A stretch of 64,000 nucleotides of DNA from Bdellovibrionales bacterium (GTDB taxonomy: Bacteria; Bdellovibrionota; Bdellovibrionia; Bdellovibrionales; JAUICD01). Of this stretch, positions 1 to 10,100 are shown one piece after another. The notes beneath the pieces are model-generated. The model was not told the origin of the DNA, did not search any database, and saw only the letters and a list, made by a program, of their open reading frames with translations. The stretch's first letter is position 1. Every line of letters begins with the position of its first letter. The stretch covers positions 64,001 through 128,000 of the forward strand of contig CBDANC010000014.1 of assembly GCA_965197425.1 (NCBI GenBank), written 5' to 3'. The translations under genes and the position numbers were made by a program.

Positions 1-374
1 CGAGAGCAGTTTTTTAGAAGCTCAGGTAGTTTATCTGCTAGTTCTTGCTTCTCAAAACCTGCATCTACAGCAAAGCAATCAGACACAGCATCTGGTCCAA
101 ATCTAAATCCTTCCCACTGTTCTTTAACTTTGTCTTTTTTCCGTACAAACAACAGTCTTTCAGGTGATTTTCCTGGCCTAAACACAAAAACAGATTCTGG
201 TTCCTCAAACCCAGTCATATAAAAAAAGTTGCTATCAACTCTAAACTTATTATTAACCTCAAAGTTTCTTATACTCTCGTGTCCGGAAACTAGAATTAAA
301 GCAGCATCACCTATAGCTTCAGATATTTTTTTTTGTCTTTTCTCAAAAACTTTTTTGTCTTTTATTTCAATCAT
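1..374 (-). CDS. pepP: Xaa-Pro aminopeptidase, N-terminal part (runs off window start)
   Basis: Not in the ORF track. Manual translation from ATG 374 gives MIEIKDKKVFEKRQKKISEAIGDAALILVSG...FRVDSNFFYMTGFEEPESVFVF...QWEGFRFGPD, matching the aminopeptidase P N-domain; GGAG RBS upstream. Confidence 0.85.
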   Translation of the reverse strand, partial: MIEIKDKKVFEKRQKKISEAIGDAALILVSGHESIRNFEVNNKFRVDSNFFYMTGFEEPESVFVFRPGKSPERLLFVRKKDKVKEQWEGFRFGPDAVSDCFAVDAGFEKQELADKLPELLKNCS

Positions 375-398
375 AATGACTTCTCCACATTCTATTTT

Positions 399-1169
399 TT
401 ATGTTTCAAAAAACCCTTTAAAATGTCCGTCTAAGATTTGTTCCAACTCTCCTTTTTTTGCAAATGATCCTAGGTTCTTTTTAGAAGATATCAGGAGGGC
501 TTTAAGTTTATTCTCAGAGTATTCTAGGCCTTTTACCTTTACATAGTTTCTTTTATCTTGATCTTTTATATCGTCTGCTATTTGAAATGCAAGACCAAGG
601 TTTTTGGAAAAATTTCTCAAAAGTTCTGTTTGTTTATTGTCTGTATTACAGATCATGCACACCCCTAGTACACAACATTGTATAAGTTCACCAGATTTTA
701 AATTACAAATTTTCTCTATATCACGATCTGTATCCTCTTGTATATCTAGTGATTGACCATAGATCATATTATTTACACAGTCCGACACCTTGTTTACAAG
801 GTTAGTATCATAATTTTTAGATAGCAGCAAAAAAGCTTCGGTCAGTAAAACATCTCCTGCAAGTAATGCTAAACCTTCCTCAAATTTTTTATGTAAGCTA
901 GGTTTTCCTCTTCTTGTATCTGAATCATCCATGGAAGGTAGGTCATCGTGAATCAGTGAGTATGTATGTATAAGTTCAACTGAAACTGCAAATGGAATAA
1001 CTGATTTTTCTAATCCACCCAATAGTCTACAAGTTCTTAAACATAGCTCCGGCCTAAATCGTTTTCCTCCCGGAATTAAAGCATACTGTACCGCTTTGTA
1101 GAGATCAGAGTCTTTATAGCTTCTATCAGAAAGCCAGTTTTTGATCCACTCGTCTATCAGATCATGCAT
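399..1169 (-). CDS. ispA: Polyprenyl (farnesyl/geranylgeranyl) diphosphate synthase
   Basis: GGKRFRP, LIHDDLPSMDD..RRGKP and FQIADD motifs; xseA-xseB-ispA order. Confidence 0.93.
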   Translation of the reverse strand: MHDLIDEWIKNWLSDRSYKDSDLYKAVQYALIPGGKRFRPELCLRTCRLLGGLEKSVIPFAVSVELIHTYSLIHDDLPSMDDSDTRRGKPSLHKKFEEGLALLAGDVLLTEAFLLLSKNYDTNLVNKVSDCVNNMIYGQSLDIQEDTDRDIEKICNLKSGELIQCCVLGVCMICNTDNKQTELLRNFSKNLGLAFQIADDIKDQDKRNYVKVKGLEYSENKLKALLISSKKNLGSFAKKGELEQILDGHFKGFFET

Positions 1170-1387
1170 TAGGATTGCTTAAAGTCTTCTGTTTTAGGAT
1201 TATTATTTTTGTCCACACCAACCAGGGTTTTTACTTTATTCTCAACCTCTGATAATTGTTTGTTACATTCTTTGGACAGTTTTATTCCTTGTTCAAACAA
1301 TTCAAAGGATTTATCCAAAGAAAGCTCTCCCGTTTGCATTTTTTCTACTATTTCCTCTAGTTTTTTTACTTTTGCTTCAAAGTCCAT
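1169..1387 (-). CDS. xseB: Exodeoxyribonuclease VII small subunit
   Basis: FE...LEEIV..M..GELSLD.S..LFEQG pattern; adjacent to xseA. Confidence 0.95.
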   Translation of the reverse strand: MDFEAKVKKLEEIVEKMQTGELSLDKSFELFEQGIKLSKECNKQLSEVENKVKTLVGVDKNNNPKTEDFKQS

Positions 1388-2646
1388 GTACTCTCCTTTA
1401 ATTCTTTTACCTCTGATATAATTTCACCAAAAGCTACTGTGCTATTTATCTTTTCACCTAATTTTATTGAATCTATTGATTTTACAATACCCCCATCCAT
1501 GTTTTTTGTGATCGAGTAACCTCTTGTAAGAGTTTTTAATGGGCTAAGAGAGTTTAAAATATCAATTAACCCGTTTAACAATCTTTTACTATCTTTTATA
1601 TTTCTAACCACTGCATCTTCCAATCGTTGATATAGATCATCTGTTTTTTGAGAAAGTTCCAAAACTTTTCTTTTTGGATGAACCAACATTGTAATGGTTT
1701 TATTCAAATTATCCATTATTGATTTAACTTTTGTCTGCATAAAGTGAACCAGAGCTTGCTTTTTTGAATGAAGTTCTTTTTCTAAATCAAGCTTATTTTT
1801 TACCACAAGCATAGCCGCTGCAGAAGGTGTAGGAGCTCTTACATCTGCTACAAAGTCTGATATTGTAAAGTCTATTTCGTGACCTATACCTGATACAATT
1901 GGAATTTTTGAATTATAAATAGCCCTTGCAACCTGTTCATCGTTAAAACACCAAAGGTCTTCCATAGAACCACCACCTCTAGCAACAATCATACAATCAA
2001 ATTTGCACGCCACACTATTAGCAAGTTCTATTGATCTAATAATATCTTTTGAAGCAGACTCCCCCTGTACCATTGTAGGAAAAATAGTGATATTCAAACC
2101 CTTAAACCGCCTATCTATTACATTGAGTATATCTTTAATGGCAGCTCCAGTGGGTGAAGTTACGATTGCAATTTTACTGGGAAACAAGGGGATTGGTTTT
2201 TTATGTTTGGCTTCAAATAAACCTTCTTTTTTAAGTTTGTCCTTCAATTGCTCAAACTGAATTTTTAGTGCTCCTTCTCCAACAGGATCCATGGTTTCAC
2301 ATATCAACTGATAACTACCAGTGCCTTCATACAAACTCACCCTAGCCTTTACCAAAACTTCCATTCCGTCTTCAGGCCTGAAAACCAACCTAGAATTGTT
2401 ACCTCTAAACATCACTGCCCTTACTTGTGATTTTTTATCTTTTAAGGAAAAATAAAAATGGCCTGATATAGGGGTCTTGAAGTTGGATATTTCCCCTTTG
2501 ACCCACAAAGTGGCAAAGTTGGTCTCTAAACAAGACTTCACTTTTCTATTTAATTCAGTAACAGAAAGAATCAACTCTGAATCTTTATCTTGTACTGGTG
2601 GGGTATCCGCCTTGTTTTTTTGAAGACTGAGCTGGGAAGAGTTCAT
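1366..2646 (-). CDS. xseA: Exodeoxyribonuclease VII large subunit
   Basis: GEISNF...SGHFYFSLKD, RGGGSMEDLWCFNDE, GHEIDFT, APTPSAAA. Confidence 0.97.
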   Translation of the reverse strand: MNSSQLSLQKNKADTPPVQDKDSELILSVTELNRKVKSCLETNFATLWVKGEISNFKTPISGHFYFSLKDKKSQVRAVMFRGNNSRLVFRPEDGMEVLVKARVSLYEGTGSYQLICETMDPVGEGALKIQFEQLKDKLKKEGLFEAKHKKPIPLFPSKIAIVTSPTGAAIKDILNVIDRRFKGLNITIFPTMVQGESASKDIIRSIELANSVACKFDCMIVARGGGSMEDLWCFNDEQVARAIYNSKIPIVSGIGHEIDFTISDFVADVRAPTPSAAAMLVVKNKLDLEKELHSKKQALVHFMQTKVKSIMDNLNKTITMLVHPKRKVLELSQKTDDLYQRLEDAVVRNIKDSKRLLNGLIDILNSLSPLKTLTRGYSITKNMDGGIVKSIDSIKLGEKINSTVAFGEIISEVKELKESTWTLKQK

Positions 2647-2690
2647 TGATATGCTTTTATTACTACCGATCTAAGGGTGTCAAACAAAAG

Positions 2691-2887
2691 AGGGGAACCA
2701 AATAGCCTTGGTAATGTGAGATTCGAAAACCCCACTTCTCAAGAAGTGGGCGCCATAGTGACAACTTCAGGCTTCTCGCTTTTCATGTATAATGCGAGCT
2801 TGCACACCGTTACCAGGGACAGCTCCCTATAAATAATTGTTCGGGTTTTCAATCCACGCACCGTTCCCGAACTATTTAGTATCCCCA
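2691..2887 (-). ncRNA. ssrS: 6S RNA
   Basis: About 197-nt minus-strand rod: GGGGATACTAAATAGT pairs with GCTATTTGGTTCCCC and GATTGAAAACCC with GGGTTTTCGAATC; A/T-rich central bubble then GGGAGC; 3' side GAGAAGCCTGAA...GGCGCCCACTT..AAGTGGG resembles known 6S RNAs; ends approximate. Confidence 0.75.
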
Positions 2888-3145
2888 TATAAATAAATAC
2901 CAAATTTTTAATAAAAATTGAAGTAATTTAAAAAAATGAATCAACTAAAAAATACTACGCTTAGAGCAGCACCAAAACACACAACACTGTTTATAGCTCA
3001 TGTAAAACTCACTTTAACTATTTGATTTAACAACAATTATTATAATTTATGCCGTGTGCTAATGCTTTGTGCTCAAAAAAAATGAATTAAGGGATACTTA
3101 GTGTATAAAAACGATATATGTGCAAGCAATATGTAGGGACAATTT

Positions 3146-4129
3146 ATGGTTGATATTAATTCTGTAAGAAAGGCCAGAGAGGTCATTTTAAGTCATGTAA
3201 AAAACACACCTTGCCTGCGTTCCAAGTATTTATCAAATTTACTAGGCTGTGAAATTTTTTGCAAGCATGAGAACATGCAAGATACAGGTAGCTTCAAAAT
3301 AAGGGGTGCTTTAAACAAGATATCTTCTCTGGATAAAAAAACAAAAGGGGTAGTTACTAGTTCTGCTGGAAATCATGGCCAAGGAGTTGCATTAGCTTCC
3401 CATATTGTAGGCTTCCCTGCTCACATAGTTATGCCGGAGAAAGCAACAGAAGTTAAGGCACAGGCCTGCCAACATTATGGTGCCAATGTAATACTGGGGG
3501 GCAAGATCTACGACGAAGCATATGCTCATGCAATGGAGCTATCAGAAGAACAAGAGCTTACTTTTGTACATGCATATGAAGATGATCTGGTGATAGCAGG
3601 GCAAGGTACAATTGCATTAGAGATCAATGAGACCTTGTCACTTAAAAATGAAGTGGACTGCATAGTAGTACCAATAGGAGGTGGTGGTTTGATCTCTGGG
3701 ATATCTGTTGCGGTAAAACACTTTAATCCAAATTGCAGAGTTATAGGTGTTCAAACTACTATGGCAAGCTCTATGAAAGAGTATTTTCACACAAAAAAAA
3801 TGCCTACTAAAGAAATGATCAACTCACCTTTAGGTGATGGAGTATCGGTTAAAGTGCCCAGCAAAAAAATGTATGAAAAATACTTATCGAAGTTTGTGGA
3901 TGATATAGTGGAGGTAGATGAAAAAGAAATTTCTGATGCATTTGTCACCCTTGTTCAAAGAATTAAAAATATTGTAGAACCAGCAGGTTGTTTATCACTT
4001 GCATCCGTACTTTCAAAAAAAGTTAAGTTGGGAAAGAACAATGTTTTGATCTTAAGTGGTGGAAATATTGATCTATCAGCAATAAAGATGATGATCAATA
4101 TGTACGAAAAACAATCGTGTCAAATATAG
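3146..4129 (+). CDS. Threonine/serine ammonia-lyase (PLP-dependent, no C-terminal ACT domain)
   Basis: ENMQDTGSFKIRGA, SAGNHGQG, PIGGGGLISG, SGGNID. Confidence 0.92.
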   Translation: MVDINSVRKAREVILSHVKNTPCLRSKYLSNLLGCEIFCKHENMQDTGSFKIRGALNKISSLDKKTKGVVTSSAGNHGQGVALASHIVGFPAHIVMPEKATEVKAQACQHYGANVILGGKIYDEAYAHAMELSEEQELTFVHAYEDDLVIAGQGTIALEINETLSLKNEVDCIVVPIGGGGLISGISVAVKHFNPNCRVIGVQTTMASSMKEYFHTKKMPTKEMINSPLGDGVSVKVPSKKMYEKYLSKFVDDIVEVDEKEISDAFVTLVQRIKNIVEPAGCLSLASVLSKKVKLGKNNVLILSGGNIDLSAIKMMINMYEKQSCQI

Positions 4130-4130
4130 A

Positions 4131-5234
4131 TCATGCCGCTTTTTTTAGTTTGCTTTTTGGAAAAGGTATTTTGTTGTCTATAATTTCATTCATATAACTG
4201 GGTAGATTTCCTGTTGGCTCAATGTGCCCTATGAGCCTACCACCTTCTCCTCTTTTTAGATTCGTAAGTTCATATATGGGATTCATTTCATAACAGTTAT
4301 CTTTGTTATATCCCTTAACTTCCATTATGCTTTGAACTCTTCTTGAACCATCTGAAAATCTGGAAATTTGTACTATTAAATCTATTGCAGAGCCTATCTG
4401 TTGACAGAGTGCTTTTTGGCTTATTTTAGCGTTAGATCCCATTGCAAGCGCCTCTAGCCTCAACAGGGCATCCTCTGCAGCATTTGAATGTATAGTACCA
4501 AAGCACCCCTTGTGCCCAGTGTTCATTGCATTTATCAATTCCAAAGCCTCTGCACCTCTTACCTCACCTACTATTATTCTATCAGGTCTTAGTCTTAAGC
4601 TACTTTTCACTAGGTCATATATACTAACTTCTCCTTCACCACTTTCATCAGCCATTTGTGTTTCAAAAAATACTGCATGTTCATATTCTATGGATAGTTC
4701 CGAAGAATCTTCTATAATTATTATTCTCTGACCACTTGGTACTCTTCCTGCCAATAGGCTAAGTAGAGTTGTTTTACCAGAACCCGTACCACCACTTACC
4801 AAAATATTTTTACCCAGAAATACAGATAGATCTAAAAACTGTGCAGCATCAGAAGTTAGCGTATTGAAATTAATGTAATCTTTTAAAGTTATTTTTTTCT
4901 TGGAAAATTTTCTTATTGAAACAGTTGTACCATTTCTAGCACAAGGAGGGATCACAGCGTGAACTCTATAACCTTCTGGTGGTGGAAGCCTAGCATCTAG
5001 TGCAGGATTTTTTTCATCAATAGTTCTTCCAACACTTTGTGCAATATTATTCACCGCCGCTCTTAAACTATCTTCATCAGGAAAGGCGTTTTCTGATCTC
5101 TGTATCTTACCACTTTTTTCAAAAAACACCTCATTAGGTCCATTGATCATAACTTCCGTAACAGACTCATCTTCTAGTAGGTCTTTTATAGGCGCAAGAA
5201 AATTATCAATTGCTTCTTTGAATACATTGCTCAC
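4131..5234 (-). CDS. CpaF/TadA-family secretion/pilus ATPase
   Basis: GGTGSGKTT, SLRLRPDRIIVGEVRGAEA, NTGHKG...TIHSN; start placed at GTG 5234, overlapping the upstream TAG, with GGGAG RBS. Confidence 0.9.
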   Translation of the reverse strand: MSNVFKEAIDNFLAPIKDLLEDESVTEVMINGPNEVFFEKSGKIQRSENAFPDEDSLRAAVNNIAQSVGRTIDEKNPALDARLPPPEGYRVHAVIPPCARNGTTVSIRKFSKKKITLKDYINFNTLTSDAAQFLDLSVFLGKNILVSGGTGSGKTTLLSLLAGRVPSGQRIIIIEDSSELSIEYEHAVFFETQMADESGEGEVSIYDLVKSSLRLRPDRIIVGEVRGAEALELINAMNTGHKGCFGTIHSNAAEDALLRLEALAMGSNAKISQKALCQQIGSAIDLIVQISRFSDGSRRVQSIMEVKGYNKDNCYEMNPIYELTNLKRGEGGRLIGHIEPTGNLPSYMNEIIDNKIPFPKSKLKKAA

Positions 5235-5527
5235 TAATGCACTAACTCCCTGGAATAAAAATCTACGTATTCTTTCGCAACTTGAATTGCAAGCAAGCAA
5301 AGTGTACTTTCATCATACAATCTTAGTTCGTCAGCAAGGTCTTTATAACTACCTTCACATGTATTTACAGTTTTTATTGCGGAATAAAATTGGGTCGACA
5401 GATCGGTGCTATCTTTGTCATCTTGCCAGTCCTTTTGTAAAGTAGGATCTATAAGTCCCATGTGATATAAAGCATCAAAGACTCTTTGCAAATCACCATG
5501 AATATACATCTCAAACTCCCGAACCAA
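5234..5527 (-). CDS. Small hypothetical protein coupled to the CpaF-like gene
   Basis: 97-aa ORF whose stop overlaps the next start (TAGTG); real start may be ATG 5509. Confidence 0.7.
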   Translation of the reverse strand: MVREFEMYIHGDLQRVFDALYHMGLIDPTLQKDWQDDKDSTDLSTQFYSAIKTVNTCEGSYKDLADELRLYDESTLCLLAIQVAKEYVDFYSRELVH

Positions 5528-5541
5528 TATTTCTATACTAT

Positions 5542-5569
5542 AGTTCGGTTTTATTTGAGTCTGACTTTA
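5542..5569 (-). promoter_or_regulatory. Sigma28 (FliA)-like promoter
   Basis: TAAA-N16-ACCGAACT just upstream of the 97-aa ORF; same spacing at three other sites. Confidence 0.5.
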
Positions 5570-5633
5570 CATAACTGAAGAGCTAAGATCTTGGGTGTGT
5601 GGCTGGCTGTGGAATAATCAATCAGGTGTTGTG

Positions 5634-6194
5634 TTATCTATAGTTTATAACCATATCTCCAACATCAATTTTGATCTCAGAGTTTATGCTCTTTACAAAA
5701 TCTACAAAACTATTGAGAGGGTATCTGTTCCACTTGTTAATTAAGAACTCTGTACCAACTCTATACACACCTTCTTTTTCTACATGCCTTGTGTGAGCAA
5801 CTTTTGTGTTGAAGGGAAAATAAGTATAATTGTTCAAATAAATTCTAATTCGAATAATTTCATTTTTGTTAAAACAACCGCTTTCCTGTGACATATCAAA
5901 TGCCAGACCTTTTTTGGATAAGTCGTAGAGAACAACTTCTTGTAGTCCTTTATTGGGAACTTGCACATATGCACTAAAATACTCCGTTAGAATCACCCTT
6001 TTTGCCTTTCTTCTATCCTTCATGGTCCTCTGTTTCCTCTCTTTTTCTATACAAACAACACTACCTTCCGACTTAGCTGAATTGCTAAGTTCAGTTTTCT
6101 CTATTTCTTTTCTTGTCTTTTTCGCGAAATCAACGACTACAAGATTGTCCAAAACACCCCCCAAACTATACCAACCTCCTGCTAGGACCGACAC
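5634..6194 (-). CDS. PilZ-domain protein
   Basis: DRRKAKR (RxxxR) and DLSKKGL (DxSxxG) motifs, C-terminal YRVGTEF; real start probably somewhat downstream. Confidence 0.85.
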   Translation of the reverse strand: MSVLAGGWYSLGGVLDNLVVVDFAKKTRKEIEKTELSNSAKSEGSVVCIEKERKQRTMKDRRKAKRVILTEYFSAYVQVPNKGLQEVVLYDLSKKGLAFDMSQESGCFNKNEIIRIRIYLNNYTYFPFNTKVAHTRHVEKEGVYRVGTEFLINKWNRYPLNSFVDFVKSINSEIKIDVGDMVINYR

Positions 6195-6195
6195 A

Positions 6196-6223
6196 CCTTC
6201 GGAGTTTTACCACACAATCTTTA
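6196..6223 (-). promoter_or_regulatory. Sigma28 (FliA)-like promoter
   Basis: TAAA-N16-TCCGAAGG upstream of the PilZ gene. Confidence 0.5.
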
Positions 6224-6275
6224 GTATAAAGTAAAAGCCTCTACAAAAAATACTATAATTTTGTAGATCTCATAC

Positions 6276-6301
6276 TTTGTACCGTATTTTTGTACCGTAT
6301 T
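6276..6301. repeat. Perfect 13-bp tandem direct repeat TTTGTACCGTATT x2
   Basis: Copies at 6276-6288 and 6289-6301; preceded by inverted repeat TCTACAAAA...TTTTGTAGA. Confidence 0.85.
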
Positions 6302-6486
6302 GATACAACTTTTATTTTTTTATACCCCAAACCTCACGGAAAGGCAGATTACTACTAAAAGTTTGTATTGACTAAAATCAAAATTCGAAAGAAATTTTCA
6401 TACTAAGGTCTTGGATTCATTTATAGGTGGCGTATCTGATACCCCGGATTTTATCTTCTAAACATTTTTAAACAAAAGGAAGGTTT

Positions 6487-7008
6487 ATGAGTTTTGCTAA
6501 TGCTTGCATGTCTGTGGACGTAAAAATTGCTCCTCAATTTACAAAGGTATTAATTACCCAAGTAAAGGGACAGTTGTGGACAAAGGATTATAGCAAAAGT
6601 GATGTAGGAGATGTATTAAGGCATAATGATAAGCTTGAAACAAATTTGATGAGTGTAATAAAGCAGAAGAAGTTTGAAGATTTTAACAATGCAAAATCCT
6701 ACATAGAAAAGTTAAGTGATAAATTTTTAGAATTTACTAACACAACAGGCATAAAGTATTTTAACTATGGCATTGAGAAAATAGAACCTGTATTTTTGAA
6801 AGGACAATTAAAAGCTAATTATGAGCTCTTAAAAACACAAATAATAAAGAGTCAAAGAAACTCAGGTTTCTTCACCAAAGCAAAAAGAAATCGTCTTCTA
6901 GATAATGGGATGATTCAAACTGACTATAACTACTTAGCAGAACGGTTAGAAACTGAACTGAAAGAAGATCTAGAAGCAGAACTTAAAAATAATAACTACG
7001 AATTCTAG
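6487..7008 (+). CDS. Hypothetical protein
   Basis: 173-aa ORF with AAGGAAGG RBS; no recognised motif. Confidence 0.75.
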   Translation: MSFANACMSVDVKIAPQFTKVLITQVKGQLWTKDYSKSDVGDVLRHNDKLETNLMSVIKQKKFEDFNNAKSYIEKLSDKFLEFTNTTGIKYFNYGIEKIEPVFLKGQLKANYELLKTQIIKSQRNSGFFTKAKRNRLLDNGMIQTDYNYLAERLETELKEDLEAELKNNNYEF

Positions 7009-7115
7009 GTGCCTACGGCACGGGTACTTGTGGCTACGCCACTGCTCATAAGTCAGTTCGTTGCTATAATACTACTAATGTTCAAATGCCTCCACCTGCA
7101 AGGTGGCACCTGATT
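7007..7115. repeat. Dispersed intergenic repeat, left module (triloop mini-hairpins)
   Basis: GTGCC-TAC-GGCAC, GTGGC-TAC-GCCAC, CCACCT-GCA-AGGTGG; 7084-7115 matches 56780-56811 at 27/32. Confidence 0.75.
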
Positions 7116-10100
7116 TTATCTGTCTTTTCGAAGTATTTTTAGTCCCAAGTTTATTATGTCGTTTCTTATGCATAAAAGAGCAGGCAAAGCAAACAGTGTG
7201 AGAGTAGTTGCAAACATCAATCCCCACCCCAATGAAAAAGCAAGAGGACCGGTGAATCCCGACTCACCCCCAATACCATAAGCCATTGGAAGTATACCTC
7301 CAACGGTCGTAATTGTAGTTAGTATTACCGCTCTTAACCTGGAAGTTGCACCTTCTATTATCAAAGATCTTTTTCTTATTTTTCCACCGTCAGTAATTTT
7401 ATTTATTTTATCCACCATTATCAGTGAGTCATTTACTGCAACACCCACTGTTCCAATAAATCCGATCATAGCCAATAAGCCCATGTCTAGATCATGGAAA
7501 TATAAAGCCCACAACACACCCACCAACGCAAACGGTGCAGGCAAAATAACCAAAAGTGGCTGAGTCAGAGAACCTAAAATTAACGCTAGCACAACCAAAA
7601 TACCAACCATGCAATAAAATACCACTTTCATTGCCCATTCTCTATTTTTCTTCTCCTGCTCATCTCCGAACTCCACAGCAAATTCATAATCTCTGTTTTT
7701 GGAAATAAAATCCTCTAAAGCTCCATCAAGCCTGGACATAACTTGCTCTGGTGTAGCCACATTTCTATCCACTTTAAAATCGACAATTAATTCTCTCTCT
7801 CCACTCATATGCCTTATTTGCTGAAGGGTTCTGGTATTTACCCAATTACCTATGAGATTTAATGGGATTGAAATTCCTTTGCTACTTTTTATTGTGAAAT
7901 CTTCAAGCTCTCTTATGTCCTCGGGTTCTTCTATGTTAGCCAGCTCAGAGTATATTTCTGTAGTTTCTCCATCCATCCTAATGTAGCCAATCAAATCCAT
8001 ACTCAAATATGGTCTTATCTGACCCGTTACATCTCCTCTGCTCATCTCATATCTGGCAAGCCTTCTGTTATCAGGAGAAAACTTCCACTCCTTTTGGTAT
8101 CTATCAGGATCATCCACAAACCTCTCTATCCCCTCTACATTGGTTCCTATGGCTACAATGCTTTGCTCTAGGGAATGAAAATCTAATCTCTCGTTTCCTC
8201 TTACTTTTACAGATACAATATCTTGTTTGTCTTCTTCTTGCCCCCAACGAATAGCTTCTGCCGCCAGTCTTTCCATATTGTCATGTTTTAAACCAGCCAA
8301 AATTGGCTTTACTTCCTCTAAGACTTGCTTTTTTATCCTGCTTGGGTTTGTGATATTTTTATCCACCCTCAGTCTGATTACAGAATACCTTGTACCTCGT
8401 CTCCATCTACCATCAGCCCACATACCACCTATTGTAGTACTCATTGCCTCGATACCCTTATCTAAAAAAGGCTTCAAAGCTTCATGTACAGGGTCTAAAT
8501 CTTCTTGAGTCGATCTCAATGACTTGTTTTCTTTAAATACCGCATATACATTGATTTGCTCAGGGCCTATGTTGAGCCTAAATCTCTTTTTTACCCTGTC
8601 GTTGGTGTAATGGAGGGTAAATACAAATAGCCCAGTTAAAAAAAGCAGCAACAAATATCTATAGCCCAGCATAAATGTTAAAAGCCTTTTATAGAGCTTT
8701 TGAAACTTAGAAAAAAGATTGTCTATTGGAGCTTTTTTGTATTGCTTTACAAAGTGAGATAGATGGTTTGGGAGAACAAAAAAACTTTCAAGCCAACTGA
8801 AGATAAGCGTCAAGATCACAACCACTGGCAGGGCAAATAGCATATTGCTGATTTCATTTTTTAATAAAATAATTGGGCTAAACGCAATAATTGTGGTCAG
8901 CACAGTTCCTGTCACCGGTATAATCAGGCTTACAACCGCATCTACAGCAGCCTTCTTAGGAGCCATGCCTTCTTCTAAGTTGGAAGTATATTTTTCTGAG
9001 ACAATGATGGCATCATCAACCAAGATTCCAAGTACCAAAATTAAACCAATCATAGATAGAAGATCTATGGAAATTCCAAAAAGAGGCAAAAGCGCAATAG
9101 CACCCAGGTACGCAATGGGTAAACCTAGTGTGGTCATTAGTGCAACTCTAGGACTTAAAAATATAATCAAAATGATAAGTACTAACATTAAGCCAAACAG
9201 ACCATTTGACTTCATCACATCTAGTTGTTGCTTTATAAATCTAGGAGTGTCGAAAGATATCTCTGCCGATATCTTTTCACTCTTAACTTCATCATTAAAG
9301 TTTTCTAGGACACCCTCTACTTGTCTTTGTAACTTTAAAGCGTCGGAAGCTAAGTCCTTTCTTACTCTAAGAGTAACTGCGGGTTGACCATCTCTTAACC
9401 TTATGTATCTATCATCAGGCAGATCATATTCAACATGAGCAACTTGTCCTAACTTAAGTTCATTTCCTATTGTGTTAGTAGCTATTGAGAGATCTTCAAA
9501 ATCATCCAGGGATTTTATACCGTCATCTAAGTTAATAGAAATACTCTCTTCGTCAGTTCTGAACTCACCTATTGAAGTGAATCTTAATTTTTCAAAAATT
9601 ACACTTTTTATGTTGGCTACGCTTAACTCAGCATTGTCAACGGCTTCTTTGTTAAAACGCACATATATGTGCCTGGGTTGCATTCTATTATCTACCCTAG
9701 CAACACCTCTTACCCCCCCTATTCTTCTCTCAAGTCTTTTTACAATGCGTCTGTGATCAGAAGACTTTTCATCAATCCCAATAATGTTTACTGCCATCAA
9801 TAGAATGCTGTCTATTTTCCTTCTGGCAATCTCTATTCTTTCTATTGATGTTGGCAAGTTGGCCCTTAAGCCATCCACTCTTGACCTAACCAATTCTAGA
9901 GATTCTTCTATGTCAGGGTAATCTAGAAAATATTTTAAGATAATATCAGTTCTGCCAACTCTACTATTAGATGTCATTTCCTCCACACCAGGCAGACCCC
10001 TTAGAGAATCTTCTATTGGAAAAGTGATCCATTTTTCTATGTCAACAGGTGAGGCGCCAGGAAGTCTTACCTCTATTTCTATAGATTGAAATTCAAGCGG

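Noticed and set aside
2950..3090. Possible integrase att-arm remnant (TAACTATTTGATTT, repeated TGTGCT)
   Set aside because: Motifs are too short in AT-rich DNA and no integrase or core duplication is present
5618..5631. Extra copy of the dispersed repeat (reverse complement ACACCTGATTG)
   Set aside because: Only 11-13 nt match with unrelated flanks; could be chance
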